A DNA stretch of 43,969 nucleotides from Neophaeotheca triangularis (lineage: Eukaryota): the NCBI GenBank assembly GCA_054600435.1, contig BAAIJX010000047.1:124001-167969 (forward strand), in the 5' to 3' direction. This document shows, piece after piece, positions 33,721-43,969 of this stretch. Each line of letters begins with the position of its first letter. Position 1 is the stretch's first letter. Both the position numbers and the translations under genes were made by a program. The notes beneath the pieces were generated by a model. The model ran no database searches, had not been told where the DNA came from, and saw only the letters and a program-made list of their open reading frames with translations.

Positions 33721-36700
33721 TCACCAAAATCTGTTCGTCTGCACAGACGACGCAGCCTCCTTCCTAACCGCCTTCACACCCCTAGGTCCATAGTTGTACC
33801 ACCCAACCCCATCCATACCATTGAGAAGGTGCTGCAACAATCCCTCAGCTCCATCCAACTTCTCCGCTTCCCCAACCGTCGTGCTCACGCTCGCCTCCCA
33901 CCAACGTCTCTGTGCCATGACCATAGTGCCTTCCTCTTCATCCACAAAGCGCACAGTCCCAGGTGCGAAATCAGTCGCGTGCGCGAGGAGTTTGCGACAT
34001 TCGGTGACTTTGAGCTCGAGGCCGGGGAGTATTGTGAGGGTATAAGTGCGTTTGTGAAAGACTTCGCCAATGGTAAGGTCGTCTTGGCGCAAAGTGGAAA
34101 AGGTGGTCAGTCCTTCTTTACGGGCATCGGAGTCGGGTTTGAGACTGACGTAGAATTTGCGCATGGTGTCGGTGTTTTGCTCCTGCTCTTGCTGCACGCT
34201 GATTCGGGCGTCCCAGACTCTAACAGGGTAGTGGATGTAGAGCTCTGAGGTAGATGCAGCGGGTTTGATGATGCGATCGTTCGTCATATCGATATTGTAG
34301 ATGATGTGGTTGCCCAGGTTAGTGAGAACGTGGACTTCGTATAACTCCTGTGCTTTGATCGACTCTGCGACAATGGTCATCGACTCGTTCGAAATTTTGT
34401 CCGAAAACTGGCGGCCGAGATCGATGATGTGGTTGACGTCGAAAGGCGTAGTAGAGAGTCGAGCGTTCAAGGTCGAGTTGCTGGCTGCGGTGAGGTTGGC
34501 TTCGATCTCGCTGTATCCGACGTCCTTTTGAGCCTTGCCCGCTGGCTCGCGATCGAGAATGATACCGAACTGCACCTCGATGCGGTCATCCTCGCTTGCC
34601 TTCAAGTCCTGCATGAGCATGTACTTGATGTTACGGTTGGCTGGGACCACACGCGGAAGTACGAGTGGCATAGGTGGAGGAGTCGCTTGCTGCCCAGTAG
34701 AAGGAACATTCTCGGGAGCCTGTGCCTTCTTGGGCGCTTTCGGCGGTGGCGGCGGCGGCGCATCTGGCAATGGCAACTCAACCTTTGGAAGACCTCTTTG
34801 CTTGTTACCAGGCTTGCTGCCACCCTTAGGTTTGCGACCAGCCTGTTGACCCATCGTCTTTTTCTTTCCGACCTCGCTGAGAGGTGCTTGCAGGCGCTCA
34901 TCGATTTGATCCTCGTAGTCGAGTAGACTTTGCGTGCGCTGAACGATTTGAGAAGGCCGTGTCGCATCGGGGGGTTCGGTTTGAAGACCAGATAGCAACA
35001 TGGAATTTGTAGAGGCTGGTTGCGATGAAGACGCCTGAGGAGCGCTGTTCTCCGAGTAGTCGATGAGCTGCCCTGCTTGTCCGGCGCTCGTAGCGGGGTT
35101 AGACGGGGGAACCTGTGCGGGCGTAGCAGTCTGAGCATTTGCAACAGATGGTAGCGCGGAGCGAGCGCGGGAAGACGTGGGAACAGCCCTGGTATTCTGC
35201 AGAACAGGAACGTTAGAGACGTTACCGCGGTTGATCAATCTGCCTGTACTCACCGCCCGTGACGAAGATGGCTGGGTGTGCGCGGCGGCGTTGGAGACAG
35301 CTGTTGATGCTCTTTTCACACCGTGAGCCTGCGCTGGGGTCGGGAAAGCTGTTGGCGAAGTGATGGCTGGAACTTGAGTCGTGTCGGTGCCGACGTCGAT
35401 GAGACCGCCCTCTGCAATGGGGCGTAGATGCGCGACATTATTTTCCCACGCCTTGGTGTTGAACTTGGTTTGCTTGTAGTCGTTAATATCTTCTGGTTCA
35501 ACAGGAAGAGCTGAAGGTATCTCGTCCAAGCCCGACTCTGCGCCAGTCATGCTTGCTTGACTCATGCTTACTATTGTCGAGCCTTTTGCTGTCGATCTCC
35601 TGGCCCTCCTGGAGCCTTTTGGGCGGTAGTTGTCAATGTCCCACTTGGCTTGAGCTGCTGGATCTGCCGTGAGACCGATTCTGTCGACTTTCGAAAAGGC
35701 TTTGATGTTGTAAGGGGCGCTTTGGCTGTCACTGTTGGACTGTCCCATGGCTGAACGATTGAGACCTGGCATAGTAGTGGCAGATGATGGCTGGCCGGCG
35801 TCGCTGGCGTGTTGTGTCGACTTGTCCTTTGGGTCATTGGCCACAGCAGGGGTCACTGCTGGAGTGATGGCGGCATCCTTGCGGGCGAAGAGGCTGTGAA
35901 AAGGAGCGAGCTCCGTTGTATCGCTCTTCTCGCTGGTTGCGTCTGAGCCAGAGTCTGAGCCCTTGCGAATCTTGGTCTTGCGGCCCATGAGCTCGCCGAA
36001 TCCCGTGGCCTTCTTGGGCGTGCGGTCGGAGTCTTCTTCGCTCTCGTTGTCTTCGGCCGACGCTCCACCCTTTACAACTCTTGCACGTCCACCAGTTGCC
36101 ATCTGTTCGGCCGGTTTGGCCATCATCCTCAGAGCATCCGAAGGGGCTTGTGTCGCCGTCTCTGTGGCTTCTGGCATGCTTTCGCCAAGACCTCTGACCC
36201 AGTCAAGGATCCTTGGTTTCTCCGTCGAGTGCTTCCAGCTGGCGGTCTGGTCTTGGGATTCTGTGCGGACAACCTTGGCAGTCGCAGTGATGGCGGGCAT
36301 AGCGAGGTTGAGGTATAGTGGAATGGGGTGCCCAGCCCCATTCTCACCTTGGTCGTCGCCCGGCCCTTGCGGGAGTGGGACGCCGAAGGATCCGTTGAAG
36401 AGGTGGCCCCCTCCAACTCTCTCAGCGCGAACAGCCCGAAGACTGAACCGCGAGGTGTGTCCTTTCTCCGCGAAGGACACCAAAGTGCGACGGAGCAGCT
36501 CACCGGGCAGCTCGCGCAGCTGGAAGAAGCGGACGCTTATCGCGCCCTGCAGGATGATGCGGTGCATCACCTTTGGGACGGGCATCTGCGGTGAGTGTAA
36601 GTATGATGTTCGTGTATATGGTGTAAGCGCTGCCGTGTAACTTACCACGCCCACCTCCTCTTCGCCGACGCTCGCCGCCGGTTGCTCTCCGCTCTCCAGT

Positions 36701-37124
36701 CCTTGGACGGAGCTCTCGCCGAAGCGCCACACGTTTGGTGTTCGCTGTAAAATAAAGTCAGAAGAGATTCGACGTGGTGTGAAAGAAGGTTAGTTGTGAC
36801 TTACACCTTCGCGGTCAGCGTCCCTAACCTCCCCCTCGAGGTAACTGGCCAGCACCTGGCCCAAAGTCACATCGGCCTGGGGACCGAGCGACGATGGGCA
36901 GGTGAGGCAGAAAGCCTGCGGTTGTCTGTTAGTGCATGCTGGGAGGTAGTAGTAGATGGTGAAAGAGTAAGTACCTCGAGGCTGGCGTCGTACCAAACGA
37001 CAGCCGAGCCATTCTTCATGCGCGCATTGAAGCGCGTTCGTACCGTCTCTCTTGCGGTCTTGTTGGCGATATAGAGAGTGGTATGTAGGTACTTGGCCTG
37101 CACGTCGGTAGGCAGTGCGGCCAT
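33721..37124 (-). CDS. Hypothetical protein (~1074 aa): folded N-terminus, long disordered centre, globular C-terminal domain
   Basis: Exons 37124..36975, 36915..36805, 36744..36646, 36585..33721. All three introns are phase 0, 59-60 nt, with canonical sites. The C-terminal ~290 aa look globular and beta-rich (IEVQFGII, RLSTTP, IHYPVRVWDARISV, RRWWEASVS, MDGVGWYN). Confidence 0.8.
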
Positions 37125-39929
37125 GGTGATGGTTGCGCTCTACGTTGCGTTTAGTGCGTGTGGTGGTGCGTTGTCGATGTCTGAAAGTCGCCGGGGCTGG
37201 GAGAAGAGGAAAGGAGAAGGTCAGTCACAGGAAAAGTCCACGGGAGCAAAATACGACGCGGCGCCAAGCCCCCTTGTGACGGCATCTCCCAGATTGGCAG
37301 GAACGAGAACACTCACGCAACAAGAAGGCGCGGCGGCCGCCACCTCTCCTCCCGTCGTCCTCCTCCTCCTCCAAACACGTAGAAGGTATGATAACTGCAG
37401 CCCTGAAGATTTCGAATACGTTAGCTATGAAGTTGAAGTTGATTATATACCATGAGCCATTGCATATGAATATCAGGGGAGCTGCGGCTGATCGATGCGA
37501 ATCTCACTCTCTCCTGTCTTTCACGTGTCTTGGAGCGGCAAGGCCGCACAGCAAGCATCAGATGCGCCTTTTCGGTCTTTGGTGATGGGGGCCAACAATG
37601 CAGTCCCCTCTTCATCTAGGTCAACACTTGCTGCCTGTAATGCCAAAGCACAGTGCTACGAGCAGGCTGCGCTGAGGATCAAGGAGGAACACAAGATTTG
37701 CGCCCTAGAATACTCCTGAATCTGATTGACTCAAAGTCCGACAACTAGGCCGGTATGGAGCCAGTCTTACTGATGTTGTGATGTGTTAGTACTCTGCCAT
37801 CCCTCTCCGTTGCGCACTAAGGAGTATGCAGATGCTTACCGCTATGCTAGCAATGAAGTACTAGTCCGGTGAAGGAAGCAGTAGGAAGTGAATGTAAAGT
37901 GAAAGAGGTGATCTAGAAGGAAGGAGTAAGGTGTATCTTGGAAGTGAGGAGAGGGATCCAAGTGAGCTTCTCCCCTGCAGCAGGCGTTTGCAATGCGCCA
38001 CATCCAATGCACCTATCCGTGTGCAAGGCGCCACGGACGCCACAGGTCCCAGCTCTTGGCATCCTCACTTATTCAAAATGTCCTTTTGAGTCGCCAACTA
38101 AATCACCAAGTACACCGCAAAAAGTGAACAAAAAAGTGAACAAAAAATTGCAGACCATTTATAGAAACAAAAGCATGCCACCTACCCAAACAATCCAAAA
38201 AAAAAATTGAGACCCGCATCTATCGAATACGTGGTATTTGACCATTGCACGGTTTTGCCTCCGAAACTCTGCCTAATCGGGATGCGAGATACACTGGGCC
38301 AAGTCTGAAGTCAAGCACCATTTGACTAGAAACCCTCGCATCCGGATTAGGTTGGTTTGCTCTCCTAACTGCGCTACATTGATGGGCTGTTCGCTGGTTG
38401 GTATGGGATAATTCTTGCGACAGTCGAATATATTCTCTAGAACATCATGAGCGCCCATGAGGTGGTCCGAGCGTCATCGTGTTGCATTGCAGGGAGCTGG
38501 TGGCGAGAGGGTGCTGCGAAGGTGTACTGAGGTTCCCGTAGGCTTCATGGACATCACCTACCGTGCCATAACCACAACGCAATATAGCTTTTTCACATAT
38601 TTCTGATTTGAATAATGTCCTCGCGATCGTGGATCCTCATCATGCTCGTGTCATGACGCAGACTTCACCGCCATCCAACCGAAGGGGCACGCACCGGCTA
38701 TCCAGGAGCCGCGCGAAAGTCCTCACTCAGTCCACAAGTGAAGAAAGACGTCGAGTCGTCTGCGATTGGTAGCGGATCTGGGTCCGATGTGCCAGTACTA
38801 TTGCAGCCATTACTGGAGAGGAGACAGCCGTGGCCCTGTCATCCGGAGGCTCTCGCATTACCAACGACACCGGACTTCCGGGGAGTTTGAAACCTTGACC
38901 AAGCTTTTTCGTGTCCTTTGCATGCCTTCAAGGACCAAGAGTATCCCACGCACAAACTATGGGCCAAATGCGCGTCTTCCCGGAACGTGTCGGGCCTTCT
39001 CCGACGACAACCCAAAAGACTGCCTCCGAAATTGGCCACCCGGCCCTACCAGTCCTACGTGATCAGAGAAGATATCCTCATCAGCACCGCAAGGCGTACC
39101 AAGTCGTAACCATGACGCATCTCTCGAAAAAGCCTTATGTCGCAGAGGTTGAGCTTTTGTTTTCCACCTCCCTTCGGACCTTGGTCTTTGAGCTTAGCTG
39201 TCGTCTCAAACGTATCCTGCTCTTGTGCATGGCAAGATACTCGTCTAGCGTCCAAGGCGTGGGAATCTCCTATCGTAGTGTCTTCCGCTCGAGGCGCAAG
39301 CAGCTCGCAGACAAGACGATGCAGCCGCGGTGACTTTCGCGCTCTATGCCCCGCGACGCCTTCGATGTATGGCAGTGTGGTACACACAGATACCGGGGAT
39401 GAATATCCCAAGTCAGACGAGGTACACAATAGAAGGTAATGGGTTGGTTGCGATCAGCCTCGAGAGTTGTCGTTCACTTGTCGTCGGCAACGGAGCTCAA
39501 TCGTCTCCACCACGATATCGAACTAGGCCGGAAAAGGTACAGTAGGCTGGATGGAACTACAACCTACTCTCACCTTTTCCTGGAGGTACGGCCATCGAAA
39601 CAATTCACACAAACACATAGAGATTTTCCTGTGCACCGAGAAACGCCCAAAATAAGGAGGCTCGTTGCATCTCGGCGGGTCGTCATTGCATCACCGGACA
39701 TGTGACATTGACGATACAAGACTACTTCTGCAAAACCGAGATCGTGTCCAAACACCGCGCCGCCCATCGGCACCTGTGGAAATCCAAACCTCCTACATAA
39801 TTCGAACCGTACAGACAAGCGTGTGAGATGATCATTTCCGAATCGACTCTCGACAATCTCGCTCCTATCCATCGCTGTTTGATAAGTCATTCCCCCACCC
39901 GCAAAACTTCTCACGAGCAGCCCGCCCAT

Positions 39930-40516
39930 CCTGATCGTCGTGAGAGTGACCTTGGCGATGCATCTGAAAAGCACCCATGTCGCCAAAGGTGAAACCAATA
40001 CCTCTTGAGGTCCGTCAAAGCTGGCATCCGACCCAATGGCATGAAACCACGTTTGCAACACATCCGGGTTGACTTTGTCGTTTTGAAAGAGATTGTACGT
40101 GGGCGTCCACTTTCCCCACGATAGTGGCATCAAAACTGGCCATCTTTCCTGATATGCTGGACAAGGGCGTTCTTGAGAGCGTTTGCCTCGTTAGTGGGAT
40201 CGATTCGGCAGTCCGCGCCGGGCACGTCGCCGGTCAGGGTGATGACACAGCAAACCGAGGCAACGCCGGCGGCCTGACACCCCGTTTGAGTTTTGATCGG
40301 GCACGTTTGCGGTCGTTCTAGGGGAGCTTGGGGTTAGAGTCCACTTTCGCTCTCGTCCACGTATTCGAAGCCCGAATTGCGTTCCACTCTGTCCAATGGT
40401 GTGCAGATGTCCGGCTCATACCGTCATTCAACCGTGACCGGACAGTCCATCGTAGGGGCAAAGGTGGAAGACAGTATGGCTGCCACTGCGGGGACAAAGG
40501 CGAAGGTCGACTTCAC
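39930..40516 (-). pseudogene. Frameshifted small secreted Cys-containing (effector-like) protein gene
   Basis: GTG start at 40516, signal-like KSTFAFVPAVAAILSSTFA, a frameshift in a C run, intron 40421..40318 (GTATGA..CTAAC..TAG), exon RPQTCPIKTQTGCQAAGVASVCCVITL...DCRIDP...KDGQF, and a further shift near 40135 into GKWTPTYNLFQNDKVNPDVLQTWF. The 3' end is uncertain. Confidence 0.5.
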
Positions 40517-41302
40517 GATGTTCAACGTGCTGTCTTTGTGACGGCTGTATAAACGAGGGGTAAACGTTCTCAGGGTGTATTGCGCAGCTGCGCTAGATAG
40601 TCGTTAGTCGAAGTGTAGTGTGGTATCGATCTCTTGCTCATGGTCATCTACTTGATCATACATGTCTTTCAGAGCCTAGAAGATGCTCTGTGCGACTTGA
40701 GGGTTGTCGTGTTGGTGGCGTTGCTCTCGTGCTACACATTAAACCCCGGAATACTCTGGCATCAGCCTTGACGAGCAGCACATTGTGCCGGAGTAGTGAA
40801 TTGTGCCAGAAACCAGCTTTACTTGGCGATATCTGCCCACAATTGGGCTCAGGGCTGCGTTGAACTTGGAAGATTTATTGCTATCTTCTGCTTGATGCTT
40901 CAAGTAATTTGCACGTCTGACCGCCCTAAAGTATATACCATGTAGCATTTTGAACCGTGTTCTAAACACAAACTCGCACCCTACTCGAGCTTTACCGAAC
41001 GGGAAAGCATGCTCTTAAATGTCTCGGGGCAGAACAAAAGGACCGAACAGTTGTTAGGGTCAGGGTGTCGGCGAAACTCCGGGTTTCTGCAGGTTGCGAG
41101 CTGCAGCTTGGAACAGGCATCCTGAACCAATCACTCATACCATACCAGCCACCGCACTCAGTACCTGTGGTAGTAGTCACTCTCTCACCCGCGAGGGAGG
41201 GGGTGCGGAGGGGTTGGTACCTGCAGTATGCTCGAAAGACCGTCGACGGTTGGGGTATTGCCCATTTGTCCCTCTCTTTCTCTTCATCTTCCCACAACCC
41301 AA

Positions 41303-41305
<3 letters not shown>

Positions 41306-41335
<30 letters not shown>
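41306..41335 (+). repeat. (CAG)10 microsatellite
   Basis: Perfect CAG run ~250 bp upstream of the CDS at 41588. Confidence 0.92.
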
Positions 41336-41338
<3 letters not shown>

Positions 41339-41587
41339 CAGTGTCTCGCCGTCGTTGAGACATTGTCCCAAGTCACGCGTTTGGACGACACACACGTGCG
41401 AGTCGAGACATCGCGACGACAGACCAAGGCAAGAGGGCATGCCTCCAGGTCATGAAGGCTGCCTTCTTCGTTGACTTTGCGCATATCGCACTCTCGCTCT
41501 CATCAATTCCCTACCCCACCGTATCAATCTCTCCGTAGTAACGAATTCGCTGGACGACGCAACTCAAACCAAGCCATCGACAGGCGC

Positions 41588-43434
41588 ATGATATCTCCAC
41601 AAAACGACCCGCGAAATATGTCCCGACACGCCTTTCTAGATTCCCACCCCTCCATCTCTGCTTCCATGGAAGATTTCGAAGCGCGCGAATTTTCACCAAC
41701 CGTCCCTGATCTACCCAGTCAACATTCCGGCTTTCGCTCCAACACTTCCTCCTACAGCGACGGCGGCTCCTCCTCCCGTCGCTCTTACAGTCCGCCTGCC
41801 TGGCGCAAAGCCGGAAGCGGTTGGTTCAAGCACCAGCAATCGTACAGCCCGTCGAGAAGCGCCTTCCACTCCAAAGAACCGAGTCCAGCCTTTCGTTCTT
41901 GCGAAGACGATGGGAGAGATGATGGGGAGGGAGAAGTGACTGCCTTCCCGATACCGAGTCGCATACCTTTGCCTGAGAGCCCGGTGAAGGGGAGGAGTCC
42001 CAGTGCCAGCCCTGAGCCGGAATTTGGAGGTGATAGGGACAAGGGCGGGGGTGAGTTGAAGAGGGAGCGCGATGCAACACCGGACGTGAGTGATGAGGTG
42101 CCTAGTGCGGAGACAACACCTACGCAGAACAACTGTAAGTCTGATGGCTCCATCTTCTTTCACCCACACAAGGACCCCCTGCTCGCTGCAACATCATGTG
42201 CCCACCCGCCATACTGACCGCCACCTTCAAACTAGACATTCGCTTCTCTACATCCCTTGACGTAGTACAGCATACTGAGCCCATCGAAGCAGCAATACAG
42301 CACTTGCGCAAAGGCTATCATCATGTCTTCAAGACGCCCTACACGGCCTTCTTCTACTCTCTACTCACGCTCTTGCTATTTCAAATTTACACAAGTCTCT
42401 TGACTACACCAGTCAACGCGCCCGCACCCGACCTCGTCAAAGTCGCCAGCCTTGCCAAGTCGTTCGAACCTGTCATCTACTACTCCGAGCATGGGCACGC
42501 CCAAATCAGCGAACTTCAAGACACCGGCATCGCAGTCTGGGACTTGGGCGAATCCGTGCGCTCCACCAACATGACCAGCGCGCCCATCATCGTCCACCAA
42601 CTCGACGACCTAAGCGACAGTCTCAAAACCCTAGCTGTGGAACTAACCCGCTTCTTCGCGGGCGTCGACGCGGACGTTGACTCCATCCTCCTCGTAATGG
42701 AATGGGCCGGCCGCGAACTGCACTCCCTCTCCTCGACGCCCTCCTCAACCCTCGCCTCCATCTGGAGTAACACACACAACCTCCTGATCCGCACGGGGCT
42801 CTTCGGCAGCGGCGAAGTGATGCGCGGTCTCCTGGGCCAAACGCGCGCCGAACGCACCAAAAGCACTCTCGAGCGCACTTTCCAAGAGTTCCTCAACGTG
42901 CTGGAAGAAAGCATCAACAACGAGCTCGACTACAGCATTCAGCTCTTCGCCCTCTTCGAAGCCATCGACAAGCAGTTTCTCAACCTGCAGCGCTCCGTCA
43001 TCCGCGAACAAGATACACAGGAGCGACTCGAGAACGACTTCCTCTCCTCGCTGTGGACAAAAGTCATTGGTGCCAACTCTGGAAAATTACGCAAATACGA
43101 ACGCAACAGAAACCTGCTGCTCTCGGTGCGCGACCGCACTGTGCGCAACAAACATGTCCTCGTCGATCACAATCAGCGACTTTTGCAACTCAAGAGCAAT
43201 CTCGAGATTTTGAGGCGCAAATTGGTGAGTCCGCTTGTCCGGAGCCAGAATTCGAGTACGCTGGGTGTGGAGGAGCAGATTCGGGGGTTGGAGGGCACGT
43301 ATGAGCTGTTGAGGGGCAGTCGCGAGGGGCAGAAGAGGAAGATGATGGAGCTTGTGTATGGGAGCGGGAACAGGAGGGCTGCTGCTGCTGCTGGATTGGA
43401 GGGGATGGGGAGGAGGGAGATTGAGGGGATGTGA
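41588..43434 (+). CDS. Fungal hypothetical membrane-anchored coiled-coil protein
   Basis: Exon 1 41588..42134 (Ser/Pro-rich, SPPAWRKAGSGWF; alternative ATG at 41618), intron 42135..42235 (GTAAGT..CTGAC..TAG), exon 2 with TM AFFYSLLTLLLFQIY and a long helical domain beginning PDLVKVASLAKSFEPVIYYSEHG. Confidence 0.85.
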
Positions 43435-43969
43435 GTGGCGAGTTCGTGGGGTGGAGTGGGTTTTTTGTGCTTTTTACGGTGTGGAGGGATGGGAAGGCGT
43501 TTGTTGCATCTTTCGCGGGTTTTGATTAGACCAGCCGGCATCACAGGATACTTGGTTGGCAAGGCAAGGATACTACAAGGGATGTTTCTGTCATGGAAAT
43601 GCGAGTGAATGATACACCTAGGATACACTGCTAGCCACGCTTCTTGAAAACCTCATTCCCAACACAAAGCGCGCCCACTGCATGATGCTCAAAACCGGGA
43701 GCTTAGACGCTCACGAACCGACTGACCGAAAAAAAGACGGGCTTCCTGGAGACCAAAACACCTCCCTATTCCCGGGACTTCCCTTTCCTCTCCAGCCCTT
43801 TCCCCAACTTCCCCTTCCATTCAACCTGCTCCTCTTGAGGTTGTCACGAAACTCTATTCCTTCCCCTCCCCCCCCCTTCCCCCCCCCCCCTGTAAGAGGA
43901 AAGAGAGAGCTCTGGGTTTTCTGCATTAGCGAGGAGTTGAATCATTTGTGGCGTGGCGGGGATCATGGC

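Noticed and set aside
38118..38148. Short direct repeat AAAAAGTGAAC x2
   Set aside because: Simple slippage with no TIR, TSD or transposase nearby.
1..43969. Intact transposon, CRISPR array, rRNA or secondary-metabolite cluster
   Set aside because: No transposase/RT motifs, LTRs, spacer arrays, rRNA sequence or PKS/NRPS genes are visible.

Overview
Gene-dense, intron-containing eukaryotic DNA from a filamentous ascomycete, probably a Dothideomycete (inferred from gene content and GT-AG introns with CTRAC branch sites). I can support 14 protein-coding genes: a Cys-rich/PAN single-pass membrane protein (cut by the left edge), an AlkB-family dioxygenase, RPC25, an Rsa1/NUFIP1-CCCH protein, a coiled-coil hypothetical, a KLAP1-like zinc finger, a C2H2 transcription factor, PTA1, COA3, a small Lys/Glu-rich protein, the complex I 17.8 kDa subunit, a secreted LamG protein, a maltose permease and a ~1070 aa hypothetical, plus a membrane-anchored coiled-coil hypothetical near the right edge (15 in all). 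The most unusual structure is at 23.2-25.9 kb. A TATA box is followed by a ~1.5 kb leader that parses into nine consecutive introns and AUG-free mini-exons, two pairs of which are tandem duplicates, ahead of a small ORF whose last 22 codons are also duplicated. Other points of interest are a degenerate tRNA-like Pol III element, an intronless bacterial-style LamG gene (HGT candidate), a frameshifted effector-like pseudogene and an intron that encodes an alternative C-terminus. All splice models are read by eye, without transcript data, and family calls rest on motif recognition, not database searches.
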